Positions 1 through 14,926 of a DNA stretch of 64,000 nt are shown here, in pieces. Numbering within the stretch: the stretch's first letter is position 1; each line of letters begins with the position of its first letter. The stretch comes from Macrostomum lignano. Its lineage: Eukaryota. Both the position numbers and the translations under genes were made by a program. The stretch lies in contig NIVC01000594.1 in the NCBI GenBank assembly GCA_002269645.1, positions 124,001 to 188,000 on the forward strand, read 5' to 3'. The notes beneath the pieces are model-generated. The model saw only the letters and a program-made list of their open reading frames with translations, searched no databases and was not told the DNA's origin.

Positions 1-320
1 TCCACGTAAACTTCATCCATGGTTACTTTCCATCCATGTACATTGATGTATGATTTTAAATATAATTTTCCTTACTACACTACTGTTAGTAGAACGCAAT
101 GTTTGCGTAGGTTCATTTTAAAGCTGAAATTTTCTAAACAAATTCGGCAGCATCTTTAGTGCTGCTGAGAAATATGTTTCCATTCCCTTATAAATCACTT
201 TCAAAACAAAAAAGTATCAGAACAAATACTTATGCAATTAAATGTAGAAGTAATTGAAAACTCGTATGATGACCATTTCGAGACTTATATTATTAATGAT
301 AATTAGGCATAATTCATTTC

Positions 321-864
321 AAAGTACTGTAAGAAAAAATAAGACAGCTCAGTCTCAGAGAGCTTTAAAATACAGAATGGACAGAATTTGACGCATTTCA
401 AGGTACTGTAAGAAAAAATAAGACAGCTCAGAGAGCTTTAAAATACAGAATAGACAGAATTTGACGCATTTCAAGGTACTGTAAGAAAAAATAAAACAGC
501 TCAGAGAGCTTTAAAATACAGAATAGACAGAATTTGACGCATTTCAAGGTACTGTAAGAAAAAATAAAACAGCTCAGAGAGCTTTAAAATACAGAATAGA
601 CAGAATTTGACGCATTTCAAGGTACTGTAAGAAAAAATAAAACAGCTCAGAGAGCTTTAAAATACAGAATAGACAGAATTTGACGCATTTCAAGGTACTG
701 TAAGAAAAATAAAACAGCTCAGAGAGCTTTAAGATACAGAATAGACAGAATTTGACGCATTTCAAGGTACTGTAAGAAAAAATAAAACAGCTCAGAGAGC
801 TTTAAGATACAGAATAGACAGAATTTGACGCATTTCAAGGTACTGTAAGAAAAAATAAAACAGT
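321..864. repeat. 73-bp tandem repeat, about 7 copies
   Basis: Unit aaggtactgtaagaaaaaataaaacagctcagagagctttaaaatacagaatagacagaatttgacgcatttc starts at 400, 473, 546, 619 and onward; lies downstream of the transposase. Confidence 0.95.
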
Positions 865-1276
865 AAATTTTACTGAACAGTCAATAAATAGAATTAGCCG
901 AATTCGGTACGCATTAAGGGCAAGGGCCGACTAATCCTTTACGAAACGAAGTTAATGCTGCATTAGTCAATTATTTGCGCACAGAAACTTGGAGATTTTG
1001 AATATGGAGAGATCGGACAAAGAGAGGTAACGGTGGGAGTCTGAGAGGGAGGAAGTTGGGCATCTGGAAAGTTATTCTGATTCCCTGATGGTTTTATCTT
1101 GGTCATGGAGCATAATTTTATTTTCTGCCAGACTTTGCAGCATTAATAATAAAATAATCGGATCTAAGGTACGGACACATACTCGTACCTTTTTAATCAT
1201 GTTCAAACTCTTTGAACAATGGCACAGCGCAATAACAGTCTTTGCTGAACGATTCTACTGGAACAGCGATGCAGGG

Positions 1277-3493
1277 TCAATCGACCTCTGAAAAATTAAC
1301 TATACGTTCGCGTCTGGCCGATCTGGGCGCATTAGACAGGGATATCAATACAAAATTGAATGTCGAAGACTTTTTGAACATGGATTCCAGCAATGCTTTC
1401 CAATTAAGTAAATCGATGGGGAAAGTTGCTGCTGGTACTCGTAAAACAAAATCAAACAGCGAACCAATGGGATCCAAAATTTGCACTCGAATAGTATTAG
1501 GCTCGAGGAACTCTGCAATAGTGCAGATTTCGCCGGACTTCAATTGGCAAAGATGGTTAGAATTTTTCGACGCACAAGCTGAGCTTGTCGAGAAAAAATG
1601 TCCATTAAAATAAGCAAGTGAGTTTCGAAGAATACCATGTGGCCTGGATGGCTCTAAAGATATAGAGTTAACTGCATCCACTACAATAGAGTCCTTAACA
1701 CAAGAAAAGTAGTGATGTAGCAACTTTTGAAACAAAAACTTGCGAACAAGCTGTGGGCCAAATGACACAGTTCCGCATAAGAACTTTTTGAACATGCCAA
1801 TGGAGCTCTCAAATGCGAACATAGAATAATTAAATACAGGTCCGTACAATTCGTACTGTTCAGCCATATGCAAAAGCAGGTGGAAATTAAGGCGGAGTAC
1901 TTTCGGTCCGAATATTTGCTGAGCATTGGAGATAAAAGCTTTGCATAGCTTTTCGATATCAGTCTTATTTGATTGGGGGCTATACAACATGTGATAAATA
2001 AGAACTAAATTAGTTAACAGCAGTTTCAATGGAAAATGCGAAATTCTCTGCAAAAACGTAGGAAGAAGAAAGTATAGCGCAAAGTTTTTAAAATGCTTTG
2101 CTTTCCAATCTGAAAAGCCTTTAAAATTTGTGTTGATTGTGATGCTAGAAGGAGTTATAGATTGACGAATACAATTAGATATGAAATCCATGCAATTAGC
2201 TGAGCAAAAATACAACTCGCGCCTGTTTGCAGGTAATGACAGCTCTTCTAGTAGATACTTGGTGTGGCCTTCGAAAAAGCAGTGTAAACTGTCAATAGGA
2301 TTGCAGCTGGGAAACGGAACATAGTCTAACAAGCAACTGCGCATCTTTACGCCAAAAACAGGCCGATTTCGAATTTGTGCGAGCCGACAGTGTTCAAGAT
2401 GGGAAGATGGGTTTCTCAAAGGAAACAAGTAGCCTTCACCATAGCGGAAGATCCAGTTTTTACCTTTCTCGGATACTTTAAAGCTCTCACCTGGGTGCAA
2501 GCACCTAGGACAGCTAAACGCACCATTGTACTGGTGAATGCAGAAGAGCTTAGCAAGAGCGGGCAAGTCACAAACAAAGAGTGTGTAATGGACATGAACG
2601 GTGTATTCCGAGAATATAAACTGTTTTGGCAAATTGTTCATAATTTCAGACAGAAAAGACTGGAAATGCGGGACTGCCTTCGATGAAACAAGAGCAATTA
2701 GAATTAAATTTGCAAAGCGTTGACGGATGTAAACAGGAAGGTTTAGAAGTTGAGCCTGAAATGGCCAAAAGCTACTCTGAACAGATTCAAAAAAATTGGC
2801 GCCATCAGCTGAGATTAGAAGATGCAAGTGAAGCGACTTGCCAGAAGATAGGCTTAAGCCTTGTTCTTTAACTATTTTGGAATTCAAAACGTCTGTGTTT
2901 TTATCCTTTTGCAATTCTTGCTCATACTGCAGAATAGTTGAAGTGTGGCTGCTTAAGATAGTCCGCAGCTGTGGAACAATATTGAGCTGTGTCACAGCAA
3001 CCTTTGACTTTGGGGAATGAACCTGACACTGGCTTTTGCATTCTGGGCAAAAGCCAAATTCAGACACGTCACTATCATCAAGAGGGCAAGTATCTTGAAT
3101 CAATGATTTGAGCAACTTGACGCTATTTGGAAGAGCTAGAGAATCTCTACTAAAAATAGAAAGTAGCTTCAGGAGTCTATCAAGAGCAGCCTCTGAAACT
3201 CCGGAAGTAATTGCCCACTGAAAAATCAGAGCCGCCTGCACACTGGGATCTGAGATGGAAGCCAAATTCGCTAAGCTATCTGAACTCTCCTCAAGCACAG
3301 GCACAGCATTGTTTTCACCAATAAAAGTTTCCACAGCGTCAGGACAGCTGTGCGAGTGCGTTACACCGGCTTCGCTTGAAATTGAACTCCTATTACTTGT
3401 AGAAAAACTATTTGAGGGAGAAGAAATCGCCTGACAAGAGTAGGCTGAGTAATTAGTAGAAAGAGAGTGCTCAGATTCTGATTTACTAGACAT
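1277..3493 (-). CDS. CMC/EnSpm (CACTA)-type DDE transposase, 738 aa, intronless
   Basis: Motifs typical of EnSpm/CACTA transposases: LLISADGA, CDLPALAK..HQYNGAFSCPRC, DSLHCFFEG, WKAKHFKNFALY, NFHLLLHMAEQYELYGPVFNYSMFAFES; N-terminal CxxC (FCPECK). Uninterrupted ORF. Confidence 0.85.
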   Translation of the reverse strand: MSSKSESEHSLSTNYSAYSCQAISSPSNSFSTSNRSSISSEAGVTHSHSCPDAVETFIGENNAVPVLEESSDSLANLASISDPSVQAALIFQWAITSGVSEAALDRLLKLLSIFSRDSLALPNSVKLLKSLIQDTCPLDDSDVSEFGFCPECKSQCQVHSPKSKVAVTQLNIVPQLRTILSSHTSTILQYEQELQKDKNTDVLNSKIVKEQGLSLSSGKSLHLHLLISADGANFFESVQSSFWPFQAQLLNLPVYIRQRFANLILIALVSSKAVPHFQSFLSEIMNNLPKQFIFSEYTVHVHYTLFVCDLPALAKLFCIHQYNGAFSCPRCLHPGESFKVSEKGKNWIFRYGEGYLFPLRNPSSHLEHCRLAQIRNRPVFGVKMRSCLLDYVPFPSCNPIDSLHCFFEGHTKYLLEELSLPANRRELYFCSANCMDFISNCIRQSITPSSITINTNFKGFSDWKAKHFKNFALYFLLPTFLQRISHFPLKLLLTNLVLIYHMLYSPQSNKTDIEKLCKAFISNAQQIFGPKVLRLNFHLLLHMAEQYELYGPVFNYSMFAFESSIGMFKKFLCGTVSFGPQLVRKFLFQKLLHHYFSCVKDSIVVDAVNSISLEPSRPHGILRNSLAYFNGHFFSTSSACASKNSNHLCQLKSGEICTIAEFLEPNTIRVQILDPIGSLFDFVLRVPAATFPIDLLNWKALLESMFKKSSTFNFVLISLSNAPRSARRERIVNFSEVD

Positions 3494-3542
3494 AAAAATA
3501 GCAATTCAAATATTCAAAAGTTACTAGAATTTTTTCCGCAAT

Positions 3543-5493
3543 TCACGGTCCCATTCGCCTTGAGCGGGAAATGGAATCCCCTGACTCGGGTCCAGAAGCA
3601 GCAGTTGAAGTTCGCTTTCTCGCCCGTGTCTCCTCCCTGGCCAGCTGATTGAGATGGTCTCGTACAGACTTCCAGATTTCGTGGAAGTCGTAGCCAGATG
3701 TTCGATAGCACAATTGAAGCAAACCTGAAAATTCACGAGTATAGTAAAATATTTTTACAATAGACATTGTGTACTGTGTTTATAGTAGAAATAGGCTAAA
3801 TTTAAAAGGAAGTTGATTTATGATGCTAATCATTAAATAGGTCAATGGGATGTATTGAACTTTAGAACTATTTTTCCTCAATTTCTTTTATCTCAGACCT
3901 AAATGTGTTTTTTTAGAAAATATCCCAAGTATTGGATTCAGATCATTTAGCATTAATTAGCCTAAATTGCTTTATAATAAAAAAATTGCACAAAACTGTG
4001 AAAAAATTATATATATATATTTACGTTGAAACTCTGTCACATGCTCAGATGGAGCAGGCCTTCGGGAACTGCGAGCACCACAGGATGAATCGATTATATG
4101 CTCAAGCAAGTAGCCTTCGCCAAATCGCAGCTTGATATACCTTCGGAGGAACACCTTAGGATCGTTGCAAAGAATTGAAGACAGCTCAGCTAGGGAACCA
4201 TCAATGCACCTAAATTCCTAAAAAATGTTATTATATAGTAGAACTTTTATACTACAGACGTGATGCTGCTGATGCTAAGAAAAAACTGACATACCTCATT
4301 TTGGTATTCTTTAATTGTTAGCATTCCACCAAAGTTGTCATCCTTTTTTAAAAGTCGGCATATCCTTGCAGCAAGACGCTTCTCAAGAGAAAGCAACTCG
4401 GATTGAATGAACAGTTTTAGATCTAGAGTAAGATATATGCTCATATATAAAAATATGGTGATTTTGATTTTTAATAATGTGATTGTATCATATTAAAAAA
4501 ATAAAATTATACCTTTCATTGTTGCATCCGATTCACTGTTTACTATCTGTACCCCTCGGAGGGGTTGCACTTCTTGAATTGCACCTAGTGATAAAAAAGG
4601 CTTATTGCTACAAAAATATTGACTCATTTGGTATTTGGTTTTCAATTAGGTGTAATAGAATATACAAACTTGATTCCAAGAGGCCTGTGGCACGAGCTTG
4701 CTCATTTTCAACCAAAGATGCCTCTCTCTCAAATGCAGAAATGGCTTTTTCTAAAAAATAATAATTAATCAAATAATACAACAAAAAAAACAAATTGCAA
4801 ACAATTAATAGTTCATATATATTGCAGTTTTACCCATTGATTGAGTAGCTGGTATCGCCAAATTTGGTTCGCCACTTTCACTATCCACTTCATAAAGCTC
4901 GTCAAGTAGTCCATGCTGATGACAACTAGAACTTGAAGCAACCTGCTTTGAACTAGATGACCTTATTGTCCTTACATTTGCAATGCCAGCTTGGGGATCT
5001 TTCATTGCAAAAAGCTCAATAGCTTGGCTAATCAATGAATCAGTATTTTCAGCCTCACTAACCAAGTTGGAAAGTTGGTTCATAGTTGAAGCCATTTGCC
5101 TTTCACTACCTTTTGCCACAAGTGTAGCAGAAAATAGTTTGCCATACATGCGTAAAAAGACTTTAGTCCCCTAAAATATAATTTAATAAAGTAATATTAC
5201 ATTTGTAGTTGGAATAATTTGTTTTAGAAACCATGTACTCAATAACAAAATATTATGCATATAAATCCAACTTAAAATCTTACTTGTGCAAGTTCCAACT
5301 TTTCATCATTAGTTATTGTACTTGGCCAATAGGGAGACCCAAATGCAATGGTCACATATTGCTCATCATGGCCAACATTGTGAAGAATAAAGCAGAAAAA
5401 CAATGCTGAATTGTCATTTCCAAATTTAGAAGTACTTTTTGTCTGCTTTCGAAGAGGCCTAGAATTAGATGCACTTAATCCAATATCATCCAT
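3543..5493 (-). CDS. Spliced BEN-domain protein, second gene of the transposon (about 376 aa)
   Basis: Phase-consistent GT-AG exons 5493-5284, 5170-4834, 4750-4670, 4422-4295, 4217-4025, 3724-3543. The joined C-terminus FLRRYIKLRFGEGYLLEHII..RRPAPSEHVTEFQRLLQLCY..FHEIWKSVRDHLNQLAREE fits the BEN pattern. Start codon uncertain. Stop lies 49 nt upstream of the transposase ATG. Confidence 0.7.
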
Positions 5494-7372
5494 AACAATT
5501 TGTTCTGAAAAAGTTTCACAAGGAGATAAGGTTTGAAGAATCAATCAAGAGGCCAATGACAAACCAATTAGAATTGTATATAAAAAAAATTTAATGTAGG
5601 GACCCTAGGCCCCTATGATTTTAAATAAAAATTATAATATAAGGCCTAGGCCCTATATATAGGCCTATAATTATAAAGTTGTGCCATTGTGGATTTTCTG
5701 ATACAAAGTAGACAATATTAGGCCTAATTGGGCCTAGTCTAGTCTAGTTTTGATTATAGACTGTATATTAGATACAAAGGACATGAAAGGTCTCGAAATT
5801 AAGTACCAATTACCATAATATACTATTATTTTTTATTATTTTGAAACTGTCAGCCTACCATGTGATTTTTATCATTAGGCTATGGCCTAGGTCTAGGATG
5901 CCACTTTAGACTAGGCCTTTGGCTTTGGTTAGGCCAACCTATCATTATAAAAATGCAGCAAAATATCATTCAAAAATATACATCTAACCCCTATAGGTTA
6001 TCTTTGCATCCCAAATATAATATATAATAGGGTTTCTATTTTCTAATATATCTACAAATACAATTTTCACTGAAGGAGTGAAGATCAAAATTAGCATGTC
6101 AAAAAACCTTACAAGCCACCGAATTTTAAAACTAGCTACCAAAAGTGGAACTGGAAGTATATAGCTAAGAAAAAACATAAACATAAACATAGCACATAGT
6201 GACACATAATGAAATGATGACAACATGCAAGAGTGACAGAGTCCTCTTAGAAAGGAAAAATAGGCCTAGTAATTTATGTTTATGGGAAGTTAAGTCCGTA
6301 ATTAACTAAACCGAAACAAAATGGCCAACAAAATTGCTGGTAATATATTCAAAGCAATTTGTAGGTGAAGATTTTAACAAATCTATTAAACTATTTTTTG
6401 TATTTACAATTTCGCTTTTATTAAATATATTTAAAACTTTATTAGATATACATAAAATAGCCTGAAATTTTTTATAAGCTTAGTTATTTATTTTCCCGTA
6501 TGAACTCCCTGACATGGATGATTTTACCATGGAAAGTTTTAAAAATCCATGCATGAAAATACCATGAACATGCATGATTTATCAATGGATCATGGATCAT
6601 AGATGATTTATCCATGATAAGAGAGTAGGGAAGGAATAAAATTGCATACAAAGCATGCATAAATAATGTGTGCAAGCAGACTTCGTCTGTATGTTGTTGT
6701 ATATGTTGTTACATGTATATAGGTACAAGTACTGTACAAGTAATATTATAGTGACAATCGTGTGTGTAATCGTGTGGTATACATGTAACCTGCAGATATA
6801 GGGACAAAATATGTTCTGTATACAAAATGTAGAGGAATTGATTGATGACTTACATATTAAAATTTAGTTCAGGCCTTCTGTCGCATCTAGACCTTAAGGT
6901 AGTAGAAGATAGGACGAATTAAGCTGTCTTGACGTAAATGCAAGGGTTAGAACGGACGGCCAGCTGGTGGTACATGTAGCTCAGCGATAAGCGCGTCTGG
7001 ATCTCGCGTCACGAAACCCCCGCGGCCCTCACTGGTCGATACGCGGCCATACATATACATGTACATGTAATAAGTTTAGGCCGCTTGTGCACGAAAAATT
7101 GGCCGAGATGTTGTCATGAGATTCACACTTACGAGGTCCACCCCGTGACACAGAGAGTCTCGGTGGGCGGTGAGTGGAGGGATCTCCCCGGAGTGGAGGG
7201 ATCTCCCCGGAGTGGAGGGAGTCACTTTTTTGAAGCAATATAACTGTGTCACAATTGCGGGAGTTGCATGTCTTTCTGCAGTAGTGGTCAAATTATTTCT
7301 ATTTTAGTATTATACTATCTTCAACTTAAGTGAACGCCCCCCAAAAATGACAAGGCCGCACGGGTCTCGGCG

Positions 7373-7416
7373 CAAGGACTTCTAGACTAGCTAGCTAGCT
7401 AGTCTAGAAGTCCTTG
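7373..7416. mobile_element. 44-bp perfect palindrome with 8-bp TSD (minimal hAT-like MITE or footprint)
   Basis: caaggacttctagactagctagctagctagtctagaagtccttg is its own reverse complement and is flanked by tctcggcg at 7365-7372 and 7417-7424. Confidence 0.75.
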
Positions 7417-9015
7417 TCTCGGCGTTACGTCTGGATAAAACACCGATTTGCTAGCTTACATTTTCGAAATAGCCTGGAATTAGAGACAGTTTGTCATGCA
7501 CAGTATATATACGAATTATACGAAATTTTAGACACAGAAATCCCGCAAATGAAAAATCTTGTAAATTCGTAATAGGAAATCAATGGTGTAGATTCAAAAC
7601 TATTAGACTATTTTTCATGCGTTTTTAAAGTTTACTAACGATTCGATATTTGAACTAGAAATTTTCCAAGAAAGTTTCTAAATCTAAATGTTCAGATGAC
7701 AGCTCGCTAATGAAACGTCGTCGACATGGTCAATGGACTCACCCAAATTTTATTATAGATAATTAAATTATTAAGAACAGATGAGTGATTCATTTAGTCG
7801 TACGCTATAAAGATTCTGCTATACGTTATTATCTATCTAATTGTAATATCTAAATAGTCAGTTTATTAACCATCTATTATTACAAATTGATATATTCTTC
7901 ATTTTGAGAAGTATAACTCAATTTAAAATATGGATGACTAATATAATATAGACCCCTTAGCTTTAAAAACTCAACAGTGTAACTGGTTAGGTATTCAATG
8001 GAAAAAGTCTATACATAGATAAGTAATGTATTAATATATTAAGGAATTAATATCCTAACTTATATGCTCCTTGCTCCTAGTCTTACCCTTCAAAATCTTA
8101 CCAATTGACAATTCAGTGCAATAATTTTTTGCTTTGTTATCATTATTTTGCCCAGAGAATAAACTAAAACAGTTTTAGCTGTATATGCTTGAATATAATA
8201 AGATATCATATTATTATTAATAACATAACATAAATGTAATAGATTTTGTCTATATATATGCTTAAAATCAAAGACATCATTAGAAAGCTTTGTTATTTGA
8301 ACTCATCATTTTTCTTGTCCCAATTAAAGCTAATTTTATTTCATAATATAAATAATAATATTATTATAAATAAACAAATGTCTAAAATTTAGACTAATTA
8401 ACTAAAATTTATAAATTGCACTCTAAACCTAGCTTTAGTTCCATGAATTTTAGTAATTTTAGTAGATATTATAATATTATTGCTAGATATAAAAAATTAT
8501 GTCTATTCTTATATAATTCTATATAGCAATTTAATATTTGCAACATTGACCAATATTTTTGGCATTTATTTATATTGCATTGTTGCTATAGAAAATAAGT
8601 ACTTTTATATTGCACTGATGTTTAGCCAATATATATTATCATTTCCCATGGCTATAATGTAAAAATACCCATTTGCCAGTGGTATCCATTCATATTGGAT
8701 ATACTAGATATGCTGGCAGATATAGGTATTGTATAAGAGTAAAGCTTTAATAGAACTCTAAATTAGTAGTGTTGCCATGAATTTTGCAGTAGAAAGGACA
8801 AAGAAAAGAATTCTGCAAGGCCAAATTCCTGCATTATTTTGGAAGTCAGTGTTGCCTATTAGCACTCATTTTTCTATAGACACTTATTTTGGCATTATAG
8901 GCACTCATTTTGGTAGCACAGGCACTCATTTGATGAGTGCTCAATTCTGAGTTACTCAATTCCCTCTAGTTTTGCTGGTCGGCCTAATTATCATAAATTA
9001 TGCCTGTTTCAGAGA

Positions 9016-12285
<3,270 letters not shown>

Positions 12286-12358
12286 CGCATTCGACTTTGC
12301 ATTTGCACCGGCTGCCTGAGCTGGCCACACATTTTAGTCTGCGTCTGCTTTTCAGGAG

Positions 12359-12795
12359 CCCCAGAATCCCGCAACCCAGATGAAGCTTTCCGAGCCCCAG
12401 AATCCCTGATCACAGGTGAAGCTTTCCAAACCCCCGGAATCCTTGATCCCAGATGAAGCTTTCCAAACCCCCAGAATCCTTGATCCCAGATGAAGCTTTC
12501 CAAACCCCAGAATCCCTGATCCCAGATGAAGCTTTCCAAACCCCCAGAATCCTTGATCCCAGATGAGGCTTTCCGAACCCCCAGAATCCCTGATCCCAGA
12601 TGAGGCTTTCCAAACCCCAGAATCCCTGATCCCAGATGAGGCTTTCCAAACCCCCAGAATCCCTGATCCCAGATGAAGCTTTCCGAACCCCAGAATCCCT
12701 GATCCCAGATGAGGCTTTCCGAGCCTCAGAATCCCTGATCCCAGATGAAGCTTTCCGAACCCCAGAATCCCTGATCCCAGATGAAGCTTTCCGGA
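12359..12795. repeat. About 36-bp minisatellite 3' of TrpRS
   Basis: Unit cccagaatccctgatcccagatgaagctttccgaac. Confidence 0.9.
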
Positions 12796-13134
12796 TTCTA
12801 GATCTTATGAGGTCAACTCCTTAAGTCAAGGTAAGACATAGATTATCCAGTGACCAAATCTGAAATCCAATGATAACCTTGCTTAAACTTTATATTAGCA
12901 AATCTTGCAATTATTAAAGGTTTTAGCTTGTTGATTCCTGTTCACAAGCAGTCTTTTCAACTGGTTCTAAAGTACTCGTAGTTTCCATGTTTCGCGCGCG
13001 CCCATGTTCGACTGTGCTTTCTTTGCACCTAAAATAAATTATTTTATATGGCTGCGCAGTAGTCTTACAGGTTTTTATTTAGTACATGCTGATCTCTACT
13101 ATTGATTTTCAACAGGTAGTTTGTTTTTTTGCTA

Positions 13135-14066
13135 ACCGCTGGTCCTTGACCGGTCGTTGCTAACCGGGAGTTTCTAACCGGTGGTTGTTAACCGGTGGTG
13201 GCTAACCGATGGTTGTTAACCGGTGGTGGCTAACCGATGGTTGTTAACCGGTGGTGGCTAACCGATGGTTGCTAACCAAGAGTTGCTAACCGGTGGTCGC
13301 TAACCGAGAGTTGCTAACCGGTGGTCGCTAACCAAGAGTTGCTAACCGGTGGTTGCTAACCGAGAGTTGCTAACCGGTGGTCGCTAACCGAGAGTTGCTA
13401 ACCGGTGGTCGCTAACCGAGAGTTGCTAACCGGTGGTCGCTAACCGAGAGTTGCTAACCGGTGGTCGCTAACCGAGAGTTGCTAACCGGTGGTCGCTAAC
13501 CGAGAGTTGCTAACCGGTGGTCGCTAACCGAGAGTTGCTAACCGGTGGTTGCTAACCGAGAGTTGCTGACCGGTGGTCGCTAACCGAGAGTTGCTAACCG
13601 GTGGTTGCTAACCGAGAGTTGCTAACCGGTGGTTGCTAACCGGTGGTTGCTAACCGAGAGTTGCTAACCGGTGGTCGCTAACCAAGAGTTGCTAACCGGT
13701 GGTCGCTAACCAAGAGTTGCTAACCGGTGGTCGCTAACCAAAGAGTTGCTAAACGGTGGTTGCTAACCAAAGAGTTGCTAACCGGTGGTTGCTAAATAAG
13801 AGTTGCTAACCGGTGGTTGCTAACCAAGAGTTGCTAACCGGTGGTTGCTAACCGGTGGTCGCTAACCGAGAGTTGCTAACCGGTGGTTGCTAACCGAGAG
13901 TTGCTAACCGGTGGTTGCTAACCGGTGGTCGCTAACCAAAGAGTTGCTAACCAAAGAGTTGCTAACCGAGAGTTGCTAACCGAGAGTTGCTAACCGAGAG
14001 TTGCTAACCGAGAGTTGCTAACCGGTGGTTGCTAACCAAGAGTTGCTAACTGGTGGTTGCTAACCT
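13135..14066. repeat. 14/28-bp minisatellite with GCTAACC core
   Basis: Alternating units gttgctaaccgaga and (gtt/gtc)gctaaccggtg. Confidence 0.93.
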
Positions 14067-14470
14067 TTCAATGCAGTCCATGAAATTTAATTTTGACAAT
14101 AGACAAAAGATGATAAAAGTAAATGGCCCTATATGTATTTCAAAGCTTGCCACCTCAAATAGACTGCACAAATATTGTGCAATATCTAATCAGGAGACAA
14201 TATACTACTTGTAAGCGACTGTTGCAGCGTGTATATTTAAGCGAATCCGCGCTCACTTTTTTCAGTTAATTACGATTACGCAGCAGCAGTTGCCACTGAA
14301 CAGCGCTTGGTTCCTTAATTAAAAGTGCATGGTGTATTTACTCTATATAATACACGTGTATGAAAGTCTTCTACGTATTCGTAGGACTAGACACCGAATC
14401 CTCGACCACATATTTGATCTGCATGACCGCATGCTGCAGAGCATGCAGTCAGTCCATACATTGAGTGCAG

Positions 14471-14678
14471 CTATGGCTTCTCAACCCTGACCAGCTTTTC
14501 CGCCGCAATGTCCGCCGCCGTTGCCGTGTCGCCTCGCTCCGGACGCCATGAGAAGGCCGAGGCGGCGGCGGCCGCGGCGGCAGCGGCAGCTTTGCTTCTG
14601 GACAGCCAGCCGCTGCCGCTGTTGGCTGCCCAGCTCGGTGCAAATTTGGAATAGCAGTTGGTGGACTGCAGCTGGTCC

Positions 14679-14711
<33 letters not shown>

Positions 14712-14895
14712 GGCTGATTGGAAGGCTGCTGACTCAAAACTTCGCACGGCTGATATTGGAACTGATATGGCAGACAGCACGACTGCGGATAGCCAAGACA
14801 GCGACAGCAGCAGCGACAGCAGCCGCTTCCGTAGCCTGACGATGAGGAGCAGCAGTTTCTGAAGCCAACAGCCCCGCAACCGCAACCGCTGTTGG

Positions 14896-14926
<31 letters not shown>

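Larger units (their letters stand above)
1..6630 (-). mobile_element. EnSpm/CACTA-like DNA transposon (two genes); ends not resolved
   Basis: Transposase plus BEN gene in tandem. CATG-rich tracts at 1-60 and 6510-6620 are related in inverted orientation, like subterminal repeats. The right tract ends ...gagtaggg at 6630. No TSD verified. Confidence 0.5.

Noticed and set aside
78-7286. CACTACTG (78-85) and CAGTAGTG (7279-7286) as the transposon TIR pair
   Set aside because: Only 8 bp match and the flanks (cta vs gtc) give no TSD; kept only as an alternative boundary.
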